In this document: positions 38,948 through 49,115 of the stretch, piece by piece | How positions within the stretch are numbered: position 1 is the first letter of the stretch | How the letters are laid out: every line of letters starts with the position of its first letter | Assembly: GCA_018646625.1 (NCBI GenBank) | Contig: JABGUJ010000001.1 | Location: 131,534 to 195,533, forward strand | Origin: Candidatus Woesearchaeota archaeon | Lineage (GTDB): Archaea > Nanobdellota > Nanobdellia > Woesearchaeales > JABGUJ01 | DNA length: 64,000 nucleotides | Direction: 5' to 3' | Program-made: the position numbers and the translations under genes | The notes under the pieces: model-generated | Told to the model about the DNA's origin: nothing | The model's database searches: none | The model's input: the letters and a program-made list of their open reading frames with translations, nothing else

Positions 38948-40411
38948 TTACCCTTTAATGCTGATCAAAGGTAACACACTTACAACTTTTTTTGCAATAC
39001 CTGTGTTGTGCATAACATCTACAACCTCTTCTACAGGCTTATATGCCTTAGGAGCCTCTTCAGCTATCCCCTTAATAGAATGTCCTCGCACAAGTATGCC
39101 TTTATCTCTTAATTCTCTAAGCACATCATTACCTCTGCAACAACTCAAAGCACCTTTTCTTGACATCGCCCTTCCAGCACCATGAATTGCAGAACCAAAT
39201 GTATCTCGCATACCTTTTTCAGTTCCATGAAGAATGAAAGAATGTGTACCCATCGTACCACCAACCAGAACCGGTTGACCTACTGCGCGATACTGTTCAG
39301 GAACTTCATCTCTTCCAGGACCAAACGCCCTTGTTGAACCTTTTCTATGAACAATAAGCTTCTTCAATTCACCATTAACATCATGTTTCTCAAGTTTTGC
39401 ATTATTATGACCAATTTCGTAAAATGTTTTGATATCATCACCACTTCCACCTAAGACAGAAGTAAATGCCTTACGAGCAAGATGCGCTATCGCCTGTCTG
39501 TTTGCAAAAGCACAATTGATTCCTGCATTAACAGCAGAAAAATACTTTTGACCTTCTTCAGAACTAAAAGGAGCGCAAACCAATTCCCGTTCACGAATAG
39601 GAATATTATACTTCTTACTAGCAGCTTCCAAAGTTTTCAAATAATCAGTTCCGATCTGATGACCTAACGCTCTACTCCCACAATGAATAGAAACTAAAAC
39701 TTGGCCTTCGCTTAATCCATAAGCTTTAGCCGCAGCTTCATCATACACTTTGTCAACATACTGAACTTCAAGATAATGATTACCCGCACCTAACGTACCA
39801 ATTTGTTTAAACTGACGTCTTTTAGCAACATCACTAACCGCTTCAGGATCTGCTCCAGAAATAAAACCATTTTCTTCTATAAAATCAAGATCTCCTTTTG
39901 TTCCATACCCTCGTTCCATTGAAAACTTAGCACCACGTAACAAAACTTCATCAATCTCGTCTTTGTCTAATCTAATATCTCCAGTCGAACCAACACCCGC
40001 AGGTACTGTATTGTACAAAGAATCTGCCAACTGTTCTTGAACCTTTAATATTTCATCTTTAGTAAACGGCGTAGACATAGTTCTAACACCGCAATTAACA
40101 TCAAAACCAACTCCTGCAACACTAATCACTCCTTCATTAACATCAAACGCACCCACACCACCTATACAAAAACCATAACCAGGATGAACGTCGCTCATTG
40201 CGAGAGATGCTTTCTGTATTCCTGGTAAGCAAGCAACATTCTTTATTTGCTTTAACGCATTCCATTCCTTCCCCTGTTTAACATCATCAAGAAGATGTTG
40301 AATAATATCTTTATCACCGTATACCCTACCAGGAACTAACATGTCTCCTTCTTTGTTGATCTCCCAAACATACGGTTCAACTTCATTCAACTTTATTTCT
40401 TCCATCTTCAT
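38948..40411 (-). CDS. rtcB: RNA 2',3'-cyclic phosphate ligase RtcB
   Basis: DVHPGYGFCIGG, GFDVNCG, GTLGAGNHYLE, HCGSR, HNNAK, HRKGST, HGAGR; start 40411 by ATGA overlap with archease. Confidence 0.97.
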   Translation of the reverse strand: MKMEEIKLNEVEPYVWEINKEGDMLVPGRVYGDKDIIQHLLDDVKQGKEWNALKQIKNVACLPGIQKASLAMSDVHPGYGFCIGGVGAFDVNEGVISVAGVGFDVNCGVRTMSTPFTKDEILKVQEQLADSLYNTVPAGVGSTGDIRLDKDEIDEVLLRGAKFSMERGYGTKGDLDFIEENGFISGADPEAVSDVAKRRQFKQIGTLGAGNHYLEVQYVDKVYDEAAAKAYGLSEGQVLVSIHCGSRALGHQIGTDYLKTLEAASKKYNIPIRERELVCAPFSSEEGQKYFSAVNAGINCAFANRQAIAHLARKAFTSVLGGSGDDIKTFYEIGHNNAKLEKHDVNGELKKLIVHRKGSTRAFGPGRDEVPEQYRAVGQPVLVGGTMGTHSFILHGTEKGMRDTFGSAIHGAGRAMSRKGALSCCRGNDVLRELRDKGILVRGHSIKGIAEEAPKAYKPVEEVVDVMHNTGIAKKVVSVLPLISIKG

Positions 40412-40818
40412 ATATCCAGCACACATCTAATATAATAATCTTTATCTTTCTTCTCTAATCTTAAACCATGATAAGTTGCAGCTTTAACGTCGTTAAGTAC
40501 TTCTTGCTTATCTAAATCGAAGCTACAACCCCAAGCTTTACCTACCAACTTATGATCTTCAATCTTAACTTCAAACTTAACAAAAAACAGTTCTTCAATA
40601 TCTTTCTGAGCCAATAAAGCATTTAACCATTCTACAAACAAAGATTCATCATCAACTGCATCACACTCTACTCGCACCATTTTATCAGGCGATAAATCAT
40701 CTAAGTTGACCATCACAGAAAACATTGCTTTGGCACCTTCTTGAAAAGCTTCTTCAAGAGTTTTACCAATACCCAAAACACCTACATCAGCTTCATGTTC
40801 TAATAATTCAAATGCCAT
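40408..40818 (-). CDS. archease (RtcB activator)
   Basis: EHEADVG, WLNALL, VKAATYHG, C-terminal VLDI; operon with rtcB. Confidence 0.95.
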   Translation of the reverse strand: MAFELLEHEADVGVLGIGKTLEEAFQEGAKAMFSVMVNLDDLSPDKMVRVECDAVDDESLFVEWLNALLAQKDIEELFFVKFEVKIEDHKLVGKAWGCSFDLDKQEVLNDVKAATYHGLRLEKKDKDYYIRCVLDI

Positions 40819-40854
40819 AACATTCTAAAGAAATACATCATTTAAAAAGCTAAC

Positions 40855-42039
40855 TCAAGATCTAACGCTCTTAGCCGTTCCTGCAGAACGTATCAAAAAC
40901 AACAGTACACCGCCCAAAACTAACCCTAAAACCCCATCAATAAGAAAAGCAGTCGTAACAGAGTACAAATCTGCCACATAACCAATGAAAGGGGCGATGA
41001 TAATTATAAACACGCTACCCATAAATCCCCCTAAAGATAACACGGTGGCTCTATGATGAGAATCAACTTCTTTGTTAATATAATCAGTAATGACAGGACG
41101 AATAAAACCCCAAGCAAATTGACCAAACAGAAACAAAACAACCGCAGATGCAAAAACATACATACCGACAACAAGTAAAGGCAAACCTACAAACAACACA
41201 ATCAAAGTCAACGACCCTATACGCCCTAACTTATTTTCTAAAACATGAGCAAATCTAGAACTAGCAGCCGAAAGCAACAACCAGACTACATAGATATAAC
41301 CAAAGAAAACCACATCTATGTCCGCCAACATCATATAAGGTTGATGAAATTTATGAGTCATCACCAAAACACCCACCATCACTCCTTCAAAAACTAACAA
41401 CCATCTTACTAAAGGATGTCTCCATGAAAACTTCGCAGCTTTAATCAAATGAGTAAAATAAGCTTTATCATCTGATGCTTTGTGGTGCTTTGGCTCTTTA
41501 AATAATAATGCAACAGGAACAGCCACACTAAATGCAATCCAAGTCAGCACAACAGGTAAATCATAACCAGCACTAACTAACCAACCACCAATCAATGAAC
41601 CTGTAGCCATACCAATTAACTTAAAAGAAAATCCTATTCCCTCTGTCCTTTTATAGTCTTTTTCTCTCTCAAGATCTCTAAGCGTATCATAAATAAATGC
41701 AGAATCTGTCCCGGACTCAAAAGCCAGACTAATTCCAAAGAAACTTGCCGCAACACAAAGCACCCAAAAGTCTTGTCCAAAAAAGTAAAATCCTAAACAA
41801 ACAGACTTGGCAACAGCAGAAACAATTAAAGCACTTTTTCGACCAAAGAAATCAGCATAGACTCCACTTGGAACTTCAAAAGCAATTTGAAAAAGGCCTG
41901 CAACAACAGACAACATTAACAACTCAGTATAATTCAATCCCTTGGACAACAAATAAATAAACACAAACGGAAGCCAAAAGCTAAACGTTTTGAAAAAGTT
42001 GTGTAAATAATACAAGTAAATATTTCTCTCAATCGACAT
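40855..42039 (-). CDS. MFS transporter
   Basis: About 12 TM helices; FEVPSGVYADFFGRK, SGTDSAFIYD, HRATVLS. Confidence 0.92.
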   Translation of the reverse strand: MSIERNIYLYYLHNFFKTFSFWLPFVFIYLLSKGLNYTELLMLSVVAGLFQIAFEVPSGVYADFFGRKSALIVSAVAKSVCLGFYFFGQDFWVLCVAASFFGISLAFESGTDSAFIYDTLRDLEREKDYKRTEGIGFSFKLIGMATGSLIGGWLVSAGYDLPVVLTWIAFSVAVPVALLFKEPKHHKASDDKAYFTHLIKAAKFSWRHPLVRWLLVFEGVMVGVLVMTHKFHQPYMMLADIDVVFFGYIYVVWLLLSAASSRFAHVLENKLGRIGSLTLIVLFVGLPLLVVGMYVFASAVVLFLFGQFAWGFIRPVITDYINKEVDSHHRATVLSLGGFMGSVFIIIIAPFIGYVADLYSVTTAFLIDGVLGLVLGGVLLFLIRSAGTAKSVRS

Positions 42040-42047
42040 TAAGAACC

Positions 42048-42536
42048 TCAATAATGTATAATCCTAACTGGTGCAGGTTTATCTTCTTGCCTGGTTAGAT
42101 TATCACTAGTATTTTCCGTGCTTTTCTCAGTATTGAATATATCAAATACAGTTCCAGGAGCTTGAGTAGCTGGCTGTGCAGGAGTACTCTGCGTTGGAGC
42201 ATCAAACATACTCATCACATTGTTAGATGGAGTAGAAGTTGTTGTTTGAGTTGCTTGCCTAACTTCAGGAAAATCCATAGGATTTGTACTATAAGTATGA
42301 GGACGAGTTTCTGGCTTTGGCTCTTCTCGCGGAGCAGACAAGATATCCATATGATTGTAAGATTCCTGCCTTGGTGCTTCTCTTTGAACTGAAGGAGTCA
42401 CAGGAGGAGGAGAATAACTATGCACTTGCTCTGGTGCATTGCTTACCACATTATGTCCAACAATAGTTTGCAAAAAACCAATGGTTTTCTTAATATGATC
42501 ATGAGAATCTGCTTGAGTATCTATAGTAATCTTCAT
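42048..42536 (-). CDS. hypothetical protein with low-complexity Pro/Thr/Ser/Gln region
   Basis: MKITIDTQADSH start; RBS GAGGTGA. Confidence 0.7.
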   Translation of the reverse strand: MKITIDTQADSHDHIKKTIGFLQTIVGHNVVSNAPEQVHSYSPPPVTPSVQREAPRQESYNHMDILSAPREEPKPETRPHTYSTNPMDFPEVRQATQTTTSTPSNNVMSMFDAPTQSTPAQPATQAPGTVFDIFNTEKSTENTSDNLTRQEDKPAPVRIIHY

Positions 42537-42587
42537 TTACTCACCTCTGAGTAAACAAGCTAAAAGAACTTTTTAAATGTTTCTACC

Positions 42588-44864
42588 CTAAAGATGCTTA
42601 TATTTCAACAGCAGAGAATTCGTAACCACACTCACAGAGCTCAAAGCCATCGCTCCACCAGCAATTACTGGAGATAACAACCAACCTGTAAAAGGATATA
42701 ATATTCCTGCAGCAATTGGAATGCCCAAACAATTATAGAATAATGCCCAAAACATATTCTGCCTAATCTTGGCCATAGTTAGTCTACTAAGTCTAATAGC
42801 TCGCGGAACATCTAAAAGATCATTCTTCATCAGCACAATATTTCCAGACTCCATCGCAACATCCGTACCGGAACCCATTGCAATACCTATATCTGCTTGT
42901 GCAAGTGCAGGAGCATCATTAATTCCATCACCAACCATCGCCACCTTCATGCCTTTTGCCTGTAGCTTCTTGACATAATTTGCTTTATCTTCAGGCAAAA
43001 CTTCAGAAAAAACATTCTTAATTTTTGCAACCTTAGCAATAGCTTTAGCTGTACGTTCATTGTCACCAGTAATCATATACACTGCAACACCCAAATCTTC
43101 CAATATCTTAACTGCTTGAGCGGAAGTTTCCTTAATAGTGTCGGCCACAGCAACAATACCTAAAACTTGCTTTTTGTTTGCCAAAATCATTGCAGTCTTT
43201 CCTTGATTCTCCAAGGCATGCAAATCCTTATGGAATTTAGTCATACTAATCTTATGATCACTCATTAATTTCGCATTACCAAAATAATAAACTACTTTAT
43301 CCAAGGTGGCCGTTATACCGTGACCTGGAACTGCTTTAAACTGTGTAGCCTTACCTAACTTTAACTTCTTAATCTTGGCACATTCCACAATTGCCTCAGC
43401 AAGAGGGTGCTCCGAATCTCGCTCGACCGACGCCACTAATTTCAACAGATCGTTTTCAGATTTCTTAGAATAAGATAAAATATCCGTAACTTCTGGAGCG
43501 CCTTTAGTAATTGTTCCCGTTTTATCAAAAATAACCGCACCTAGTTTATGCGCCGTTTCAAGTGCATCACCGCCTTTTATCAGAATCCCATTTTTAGCGC
43601 CTTTACCTGTACCAACCATGATTGCGGTAGGAGTAGCCAACCCCAATGAACAAGGACAAGCAATAACAAGTACTGCCACCGATACCAATATTGCAAAACC
43701 TAACTCGGCACCAAAGAATACTCTCCACACAACAAAAGTCAGTATAGCAATAAGAATGATTGCAGGAACAAAATAAGATGAAATCACATCAGCAAATCTT
43801 TGTATTGGCGCTTTTTTACCTTGTGCGTCTTCTATTAATTTAATTATTTGAGAAAGTGTAGTGTTTGCACCAACTTTGGTGGCTTTCAATCTGAAACTAC
43901 CATGTTTATTTATTGTCGCACCGATAACCAAATCTCCTTTTTTCTTTTCAACAGGAATACTTTCACCAGTCACCATACTCTCATCGACAAAAGAAGTTCC
44001 CTCTACAAGTTCTCCATCAACAGGAATCTTCTCACCAGGTTTTACAATAAGCACATCACCAACTACAACATCATCAACAGGAATCTTCACTTCAACCCCG
44101 TTTCGTACAACGGTAGCGATTTTAGGAGACAACCCAATTAATTTCTTAATTGCCTCACTTGTTTTTCCCTTAGCCCTAGCTTCTAGTAACTTACCCATAA
44201 GTACAAGAGTAATAAGCGTGGCAGAAACCTCAAAATATTGTCCTGTTTGTTCAACGGCCCAAAAAACCACATACAAACTATACAAATAAGACGCAGAAGT
44301 TCCTATTGCAATAAGAGAATCCATATTCGCTGAACGATTCTTCAAAGCAACCCATGTTCCTTGATAAAATTGCCAACCAACTACAAATTGAACAGGAGTT
44401 ACCAAAGCAAACAACAACACCATCGCCATAGGCATCTCATATCCTATATAGAACAAACCATCTTGCATCAGGAACATTCCAACAACAAACGCAGGAACAG
44501 AAAATAACAAACTTAGTTTAAACAATTTAGTAAGCTTATCAATTTCTTTCTTCTCTCGCTGTGCTTTAATCTCATGAATATCTTTTGGCTTCTTTGAAGT
44601 CAGATTAGAAGATTCTTTATTTTCTTTATACGGATCCTCAGAAGGCAAATCTAAAAGAATAGGATCATATCCTTTTGATTTTATAGAATCAGCCAAAACT
44701 TCCAAACCAACTTTATCTGAATCATAGGTAATTGTCGCCGTCTCAGTAGAATAATTCACATCAGCTTCATTAACACCATCAACCTTCATCAAAGTTCTAG
44801 AAATTATATTAGCACAACTAGCGCAATGCATTCCACCAATAGATATGTCAGTTGTTTTATTCAT
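42588..44864 (-). CDS. copA: copper-translocating P1B-type ATPase
   Basis: GMHCASC HMA domain, [27 protein letters not shown] and MALSS. Confidence 0.96.
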   Translation of the reverse strand: MNKTTDISIGGMHCASCANIISRTLMKVDGVNEADVNYSTETATITYDSDKVGLEVLADSIKSKGYDPILLDLPSEDPYKENKESSNLTSKKPKDIHEIKAQREKKEIDKLTKLFKLSLLFSVPAFVVGMFLMQDGLFYIGYEMPMAMVLLFALVTPVQFVVGWQFYQGTWVALKNRSANMDSLIAIGTSASYLYSLYVVFWAVEQTGQYFEVSATLITLVLMGKLLEARAKGKTSEAIKKLIGLSPKIATVVRNGVEVKIPVDDVVVGDVLIVKPGEKIPVDGELVEGTSFVDESMVTGESIPVEKKKGDLVIGATINKHGSFRLKATKVGANTTLSQIIKLIEDAQGKKAPIQRFADVISSYFVPAIILIAILTFVVWRVFFGAELGFAILVSVAVLVIACPCSLGLATPTAIMVGTGKGAKNGILIKGGDALETAHKLGAVIFDKTGTITKGAPEVTDILSYSKKSENDLLKLVASVERDSEHPLAEAIVECAKIKKLKLGKATQFKAVPGHGITATLDKVVYYFGNAKLMSDHKISMTKFHKDLHALENQGKTAMILANKKQVLGIVAVADTIKETSAQAVKILEDLGVAVYMITGDNERTAKAIAKVAKIKNVFSEVLPEDKANYVKKLQAKGMKVAMVGDGINDAPALAQADIGIAMGSGTDVAMESGNIVLMKNDLLDVPRAIRLSRLTMAKIRQNMFWALFYNCLGIPIAAGILYPFTGWLLSPVIAGGAMALSSVSVVTNSLLLKYKHL

Positions 44865-44871
44865 CTAACTT

Positions 44872-46278
44872 CTACTCCTTGTTCTTAAAATGTGCCCTAA
44901 GATACAATGCCACTAAAATTGTCATAACAACTCCAATAATTAGCCAAGCATACAAACTTTCAAGCTTGGGATCTTTATAGAAATTTTGATTAATAACTTT
45001 AAATGGAATAGAGACATCAGTTACCTGTTTTTCGTTAAATGCGTCTCGATATTCTACAGAAAATAAAAAATCCACCTCATCATCATTAGGAACCACACTA
45101 AATGTACTAGTTTTAGACTCGCCAGGTTTAAGCTCACCCAAATATGAAGATCGAGGAGCAGTTACTAATTCATAATCATCGGATTCAAGAAGAACTAACT
45201 CAACAACTTTTAAGTTAGTTAAACCTTTATTAGCTACAATAACAGATACTTCGCCGAAAAAATCGACAGTCCTTAAAGAACTACTCTCAAGCTCAACATA
45301 CAACTCAGGCAAATCATTTACAATAATTCCCAAATGAGATTGAATGTGAAAAGGATTGTTATCGTCATCATTATAATTAACAAAAACTGGAACCGAATAT
45401 ATATCCGCACCAATATTTGGTCTAGCAATAACTTTAAAAACAATATCCTGAGATTCTCCAGGATTCAAAACGCCAATTCTTTTTTGAGTTACTGAACCAA
45501 CCGGAGCAAAAGCAGAAAAATCTTGAGTATCACTAGCCATCTCTCCAGAACCATCACCAGCCATCATAGGTGTTGCCCCACCAAGAGGCGATAGCCCGCT
45601 AGCAACTCGTCTATTAATTTGTTCAAGCCGAGAATTAATCATTGCCTGCATAGATATTAAGTTGTTCATGTTAGAGTATGCGTCCAACGTATGTGTAAAG
45701 TCCAATATCACATCAATATTCCTTAAAGGCTTATCATCATTATTTCTCACGGAAACTAAGATTTCACCTTCTTTACCAGGCACAATTTCAACAGGATTTT
45801 GCGTAACAGATTCAATACTTATATGCGCATCAAAAGTTTCAACATTTATATCAAAAGTTTCTTCGTAAAATTGCGTCTTATCATCACCAGAACCAAATTT
45901 AACAATCAAAGGATAAATTCCATCTTTAGCATCATCTTTAACACCAATCCTAAACTGCAATTCTTGAGCAAAAGCCACATTGCCTAAAGAATCCAATCTA
46001 TCGATATCTTGACTCCATTCAAGATTGAAAGGATAATCTTCCACAATCTCAATCCAAGGCTTATCAACATAACTAGAACGTTCTAAGTCTGTACTAGATA
46101 ATGGATCAGCACTCTTTGTAACTTGTAAATATAAGTCCATAACCTGTCCTGGTTGCACAGGACTAGGAGAATAACTAGTAAGCACAACATCGATGTTACG
46201 AGTAGATGCACCAAAAACAGGAAATACTAAAACTAAAAGTACTAAAAACATAAATGATAGTGATTTTGTAAGATTCAT
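44872..46278 (-). CDS. COG1361-like S-layer-domain surface protein with Met-rich insertion
   Basis: Signal peptide, SPSPVQPG, Ig-like repeats (IGVLNPGES, YLGELKPGES), C-terminal TM anchor. Confidence 0.75.
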   Translation of the reverse strand: MNLTKSLSFMFLVLLVLVFPVFGASTRNIDVVLTSYSPSPVQPGQVMDLYLQVTKSADPLSSTDLERSSYVDKPWIEIVEDYPFNLEWSQDIDRLDSLGNVAFAQELQFRIGVKDDAKDGIYPLIVKFGSGDDKTQFYEETFDINVETFDAHISIESVTQNPVEIVPGKEGEILVSVRNNDDKPLRNIDVILDFTHTLDAYSNMNNLISMQAMINSRLEQINRRVASGLSPLGGATPMMAGDGSGEMASDTQDFSAFAPVGSVTQKRIGVLNPGESQDIVFKVIARPNIGADIYSVPVFVNYNDDDNNPFHIQSHLGIIVNDLPELYVELESSSLRTVDFFGEVSVIVANKGLTNLKVVELVLLESDDYELVTAPRSSYLGELKPGESKTSTFSVVPNDDEVDFLFSVEYRDAFNEKQVTDVSIPFKVINQNFYKDPKLESLYAWLIIGVVMTILVALYLRAHFKNKE

Positions 46279-46291
46279 TTTATTTTCCTCC

Positions 46292-46609
46292 CTAAGTTGC
46301 ATCATTACAACACAAATGTTTACAATACTGATCCATGTGTTTATCCATCAAATCCAGTAATGGTTTAATCGTTTTCTTATTCAATGAATATATGCGCGTT
46401 TTACCTTTTTGTTCTACAAATACAAAACCACATCTTTCAAGAACACCCAAATTCAGAGAAACTGTGGGTTGCTTAAAATTTAGTTTCCTCCCAATATCTG
46501 TAACATTTAGCGGCCCTTCACATTTTAACAGATTGATTATATCTAATCTATTTTGATTCGCCAGCGTCCCAAAGAAACGACTGAATGGAGGTCTTAGTGC
46601 TTTCTTCAT
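46292..46609 (-). CDS. ArsR/SmtB family metalloregulator
   Basis: FGTLANQNRLDII, QPTVSLNLGVLERCGFV...RIYSLN; C-terminal CKHLCC. Confidence 0.9.
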   Translation of the reverse strand: MKKALRPPFSRFFGTLANQNRLDIINLLKCEGPLNVTDIGRKLNFKQPTVSLNLGVLERCGFVFVEQKGKTRIYSLNKKTIKPLLDLMDKHMDQYCKHLCCNDAT

Positions 46610-46621
46610 ATTACGTCAATC

Positions 46622-46634
46622 TAATATGATATTA
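46622..46634. promoter_or_regulatory. palindrome between TATA box and arsR-like start (putative operator)
   Basis: TAATAT-G-ATATTA, downstream of a minus-strand TTTATATA box. Confidence 0.4.
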
Positions 46635-46686
46635 ATGAAATATATAAATCTTTCGCTTAACAACCAATAAAGAAGAAATAAAGTGC

Positions 46687-47031
46687 CTATTCGACACTAA
46701 AAGTCCCAGTACCCATGTTCATGGAACAAGCAATTCCAAAAGTTCCAGTTTTATCAGGCGTAAAACTAATCACATTATCCGTCTCAGATACCAATTTTCT
46801 AACATCAAACTCAGAAATAACTACATCCCTCATACAGCCATGCAAACTACCAAGATCTGCTTCAAGCTCAACAGGAACATCTTTCATAAGTACTGACGGT
46901 TTAAGCACATAAGTACCACCATCCATGGTAAGCTGTACCTTTTGAACATTATCAAAAGTAAACAAACCAGTCGTACCACAACCAGCCACAAAAGCTAGTA
47001 AAAAAATTAGTAAGAACTTTATTGATTTCAT
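46687..47031 (-). CDS. cupredoxin-domain lipoprotein
   Basis: Lipobox VAGC; GCMRDV, FTPDKTG..GIACSMNM. Confidence 0.85.
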   Translation of the reverse strand: MKSIKFLLIFLLAFVAGCGTTGLFTFDNVQKVQLTMDGGTYVLKPSVLMKDVPVELEADLGSLHGCMRDVVISEFDVRKLVSETDNVISFTPDKTGTFGIACSMNMGTGTFSVE

Positions 47032-47822
47032 AGTTTACCCCCGCAACTTCCAGAACCACCACAGCTCCCACCACAACTACCGCCGCAACTAGAACCACAT
47101 CCGCCGCCGGATCCACCGCAGCCTCCGCCACAACTAGATGTAGGTGTAGACGCAACAGGTTCAATTGATGAAGATAAAGCAGCTTCCAAACCGCCAACAA
47201 CTGTCGCAGGATATTCATCAAAAACTTCTAATGACAACATCTCGGATTTAGTAGTCAAAGAAGCATCATACTTAACATCAAATTTATTTGGAAAACTAAA
47301 CTCAATATCAGCAACTCCCGGCAAAGTTTTTAACTCAGTAGAAATCAAAGGAGCATGCCCCGAACAAGGAATATCAACTTTCATAGCTAATGAAGATAAA
47401 CTATCAACATCACCTACAAACATACCAGTTGCACTAGACGCAATGCTAACGTTCGCCAACATAGGAAAGATCAATAAGAACAATACCAAATTAATTCCAA
47501 TTGTTGAACCGTACATTGTTGCTAAATATTTCCATTTTGTTCTAGCACCGGACAAAGATAACATGCCGTGCTTTCTCAAGTACAAAACAGAAGACAAAGT
47601 AGCAAATCCAATTGATATCAAAATCAACGCATGAAAGAAATATCTATTCATCAACAAAGGTTTGAAAAACTGCATTAATACAGTTACGCCTAAAATCGAT
47701 CCAATAATAAATGCAATACAACCAATATGGGGAATTAAACCATACATAAGACCCTCCCATAAACCGTTTGCTTTTTTCTTAGGGCCACAACAATTTTTTC
47801 GTTTAGTAGTTTTTTTAGTCAT
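47028..47822 (-). CDS. membrane protein with HMA-like domain and Gly/Cys-rich tail
   Basis: TM region with PHIGC; HMA-like VDIPCSGHA; tail SSCGGGCGGSGGGCGSSCGGSCGGSCGGSGSCGG. Confidence 0.8.
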   Translation of the reverse strand: MTKKTTKRKNCCGPKKKANGLWEGLMYGLIPHIGCIAFIIGSILGVTVLMQFFKPLLMNRYFFHALILISIGFATLSSVLYLRKHGMLSLSGARTKWKYLATMYGSTIGINLVLFLLIFPMLANVSIASSATGMFVGDVDSLSSLAMKVDIPCSGHAPLISTELKTLPGVADIEFSFPNKFDVKYDASLTTKSEMLSLEVFDEYPATVVGGLEAALSSSIEPVASTPTSSCGGGCGGSGGGCGSSCGGSCGGSCGGSGSCGGKL

Positions 47823-48025
47823 AAGATCACCTTATATCCTTCTTTAGTTATTGAATCAACAATAACTTCCTTTGAAACAACAGAATCATCAAACTCTACA
47901 ACAGCGCTACCCTCCGCATGATCAAATTTTGCAGACTTAACGCCCTTAATTTCGTCTACCACATCTTTAAGAAGCATACTACAGCTGCTGCAATGCATTC
48001 CTTCAACTGTTAAATTTAGTTTCAT
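47819..48025 (-). CDS. copZ: CopZ-like heavy-metal chaperone
   Basis: 68 aa; VEGMHCSSC; C-terminal EGY. Confidence 0.9.
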   Translation of the reverse strand: MKLNLTVEGMHCSSCSMLLKDVVDEIKGVKSAKFDHAEGSAVVEFDDSVVSKEVIVDSITKEGYKVIL

Positions 48026-48099
48026 ATTTATCCACCTCTAATAATCAAATAGTAAACACAACCTTTATTAAATACATTCCACAAAAAAAACACACTCAA

Positions 48100-48140
48100 A
48101 ACGTTTACAGACGACAAATTATTGTCCCAGAACGTTTACA
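48100..48140. repeat. 10-bp direct repeat in the divergent promoter region of the metal cluster
   Basis: AACGTTTACA at 48100-48109 and 48131-48140 (31-bp period), enclosing GACAA-ATTA-TTGTC. Confidence 0.55.
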
Positions 48141-48153
48141 AATGGTTTCCAAC

Positions 48154-48546
48154 ATGAAAACAAAATATTCGCTGTTAATTATTTGCATTCTAATACTAAT
48201 GACTTCCTGCACCACAAATACAATTCAACCACACTTAGTAGATAGCGACGAATTTGAAAGACTAATGGCCCAAGAAAATGTATTTCTTCTAAACACTCAT
48301 ACACCTTACGAAGGAGACATAGAAGGTACTGATGCCACGATAGAAGATTGGGAAAACATTGCCCTACACCAAGATGTTCTACCAGAAAACAAAGACGCAA
48401 TGATCTTACTCTATTGCAGAAGTGGAAGAATGTCAGAATCATCGGCACAACAACTTGTAGATCTAGGATATAAAAACGTGTATGATCTTGATGGCGGGTT
48501 CAAAGCATGGAAAGCTAGCGGAAGAGAATTAATCTATAAAAATTAA
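48154..48546 (+). CDS. rhodanese-domain lipoprotein
   Basis: Lipobox MTSC; LYCRSGRMS active loop; VYDLDGGFKAW. Confidence 0.9.
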   Translation: MKTKYSLLIICILILMTSCTTNTIQPHLVDSDEFERLMAQENVFLLNTHTPYEGDIEGTDATIEDWENIALHQDVLPENKDAMILLYCRSGRMSESSAQQLVDLGYKNVYDLDGGFKAWKASGRELIYKN

Positions 48547-49073
48547 AACTTTTTTCTAAGAAATACTTGATTAGTTTTACCAGATGGTTTACGAGAAACA
48601 ATATCTTTTTTCTCTAATGCTTTCAAAAGTAAAGACAAAGAACTTTTAGTTAATCCAGTCTTATATCTCAAAGTTGACTGTTTAATTCCATCTTGCTCAT
48701 AAACAGATTTCAAAACCTTTTGTTCATTCTCTTCAAAACCTGATAAGAATGCAGTAAACTCATCTTTTTTCTTAGCCCCTTCCAATGCAGAAGACACCAT
48801 AAGATGTTGCTCAGCCAAAACCTGTTGTGTTTTATCAAAAACCAATAAGTAAATTCCTAGAATCAACAAAGCTGCCGAGAGAACCCATCCAAATATGTAC
48901 AATACAAAACTTCGTTCCTCATGTAAACAAGTTCCATCATCTAAATAACAAGAACCCAGCTCCTCTATGACCATACTAAGTTGAGCATCATCGTTTGCTT
49001 TAATCATAAATACAAGAACTGATAGTAAAACTGCTATTACAATCAATACAATTCCAATATATTTTTGATTCAT
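48543..49073 (-). CDS. two-TM membrane protein with C-terminal winged-HTH (putative membrane-bound regulator)
   Basis: TM-loop(CYLDDGTCLH)-TM; ENEQKVL...GIKQSTLRYKTGLTKSSLSLLLKALEKKDIVSRKPSGKTNQV. Confidence 0.82.
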   Translation of the reverse strand: MNQKYIGIVLIVIAVLLSVLVFMIKANDDAQLSMVIEELGSCYLDDGTCLHEERSFVLYIFGWVLSAALLILGIYLLVFDKTQQVLAEQHLMVSSALEGAKKKDEFTAFLSGFEENEQKVLKSVYEQDGIKQSTLRYKTGLTKSSLSLLLKALEKKDIVSRKPSGKTNQVFLRKKF

Positions 49074-49115
49074 AACCCTCTACATCCTACTCTAATTTAT
49101 ATCTCTTGCGATAAT

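Noticed and set aside
47035..47135. GC-rich short repeats (CCGCC/CCACC)
   Set aside because: Explained by Gly/Cys/Ser codons of the protein tail; there is no repeat-spacer structure.
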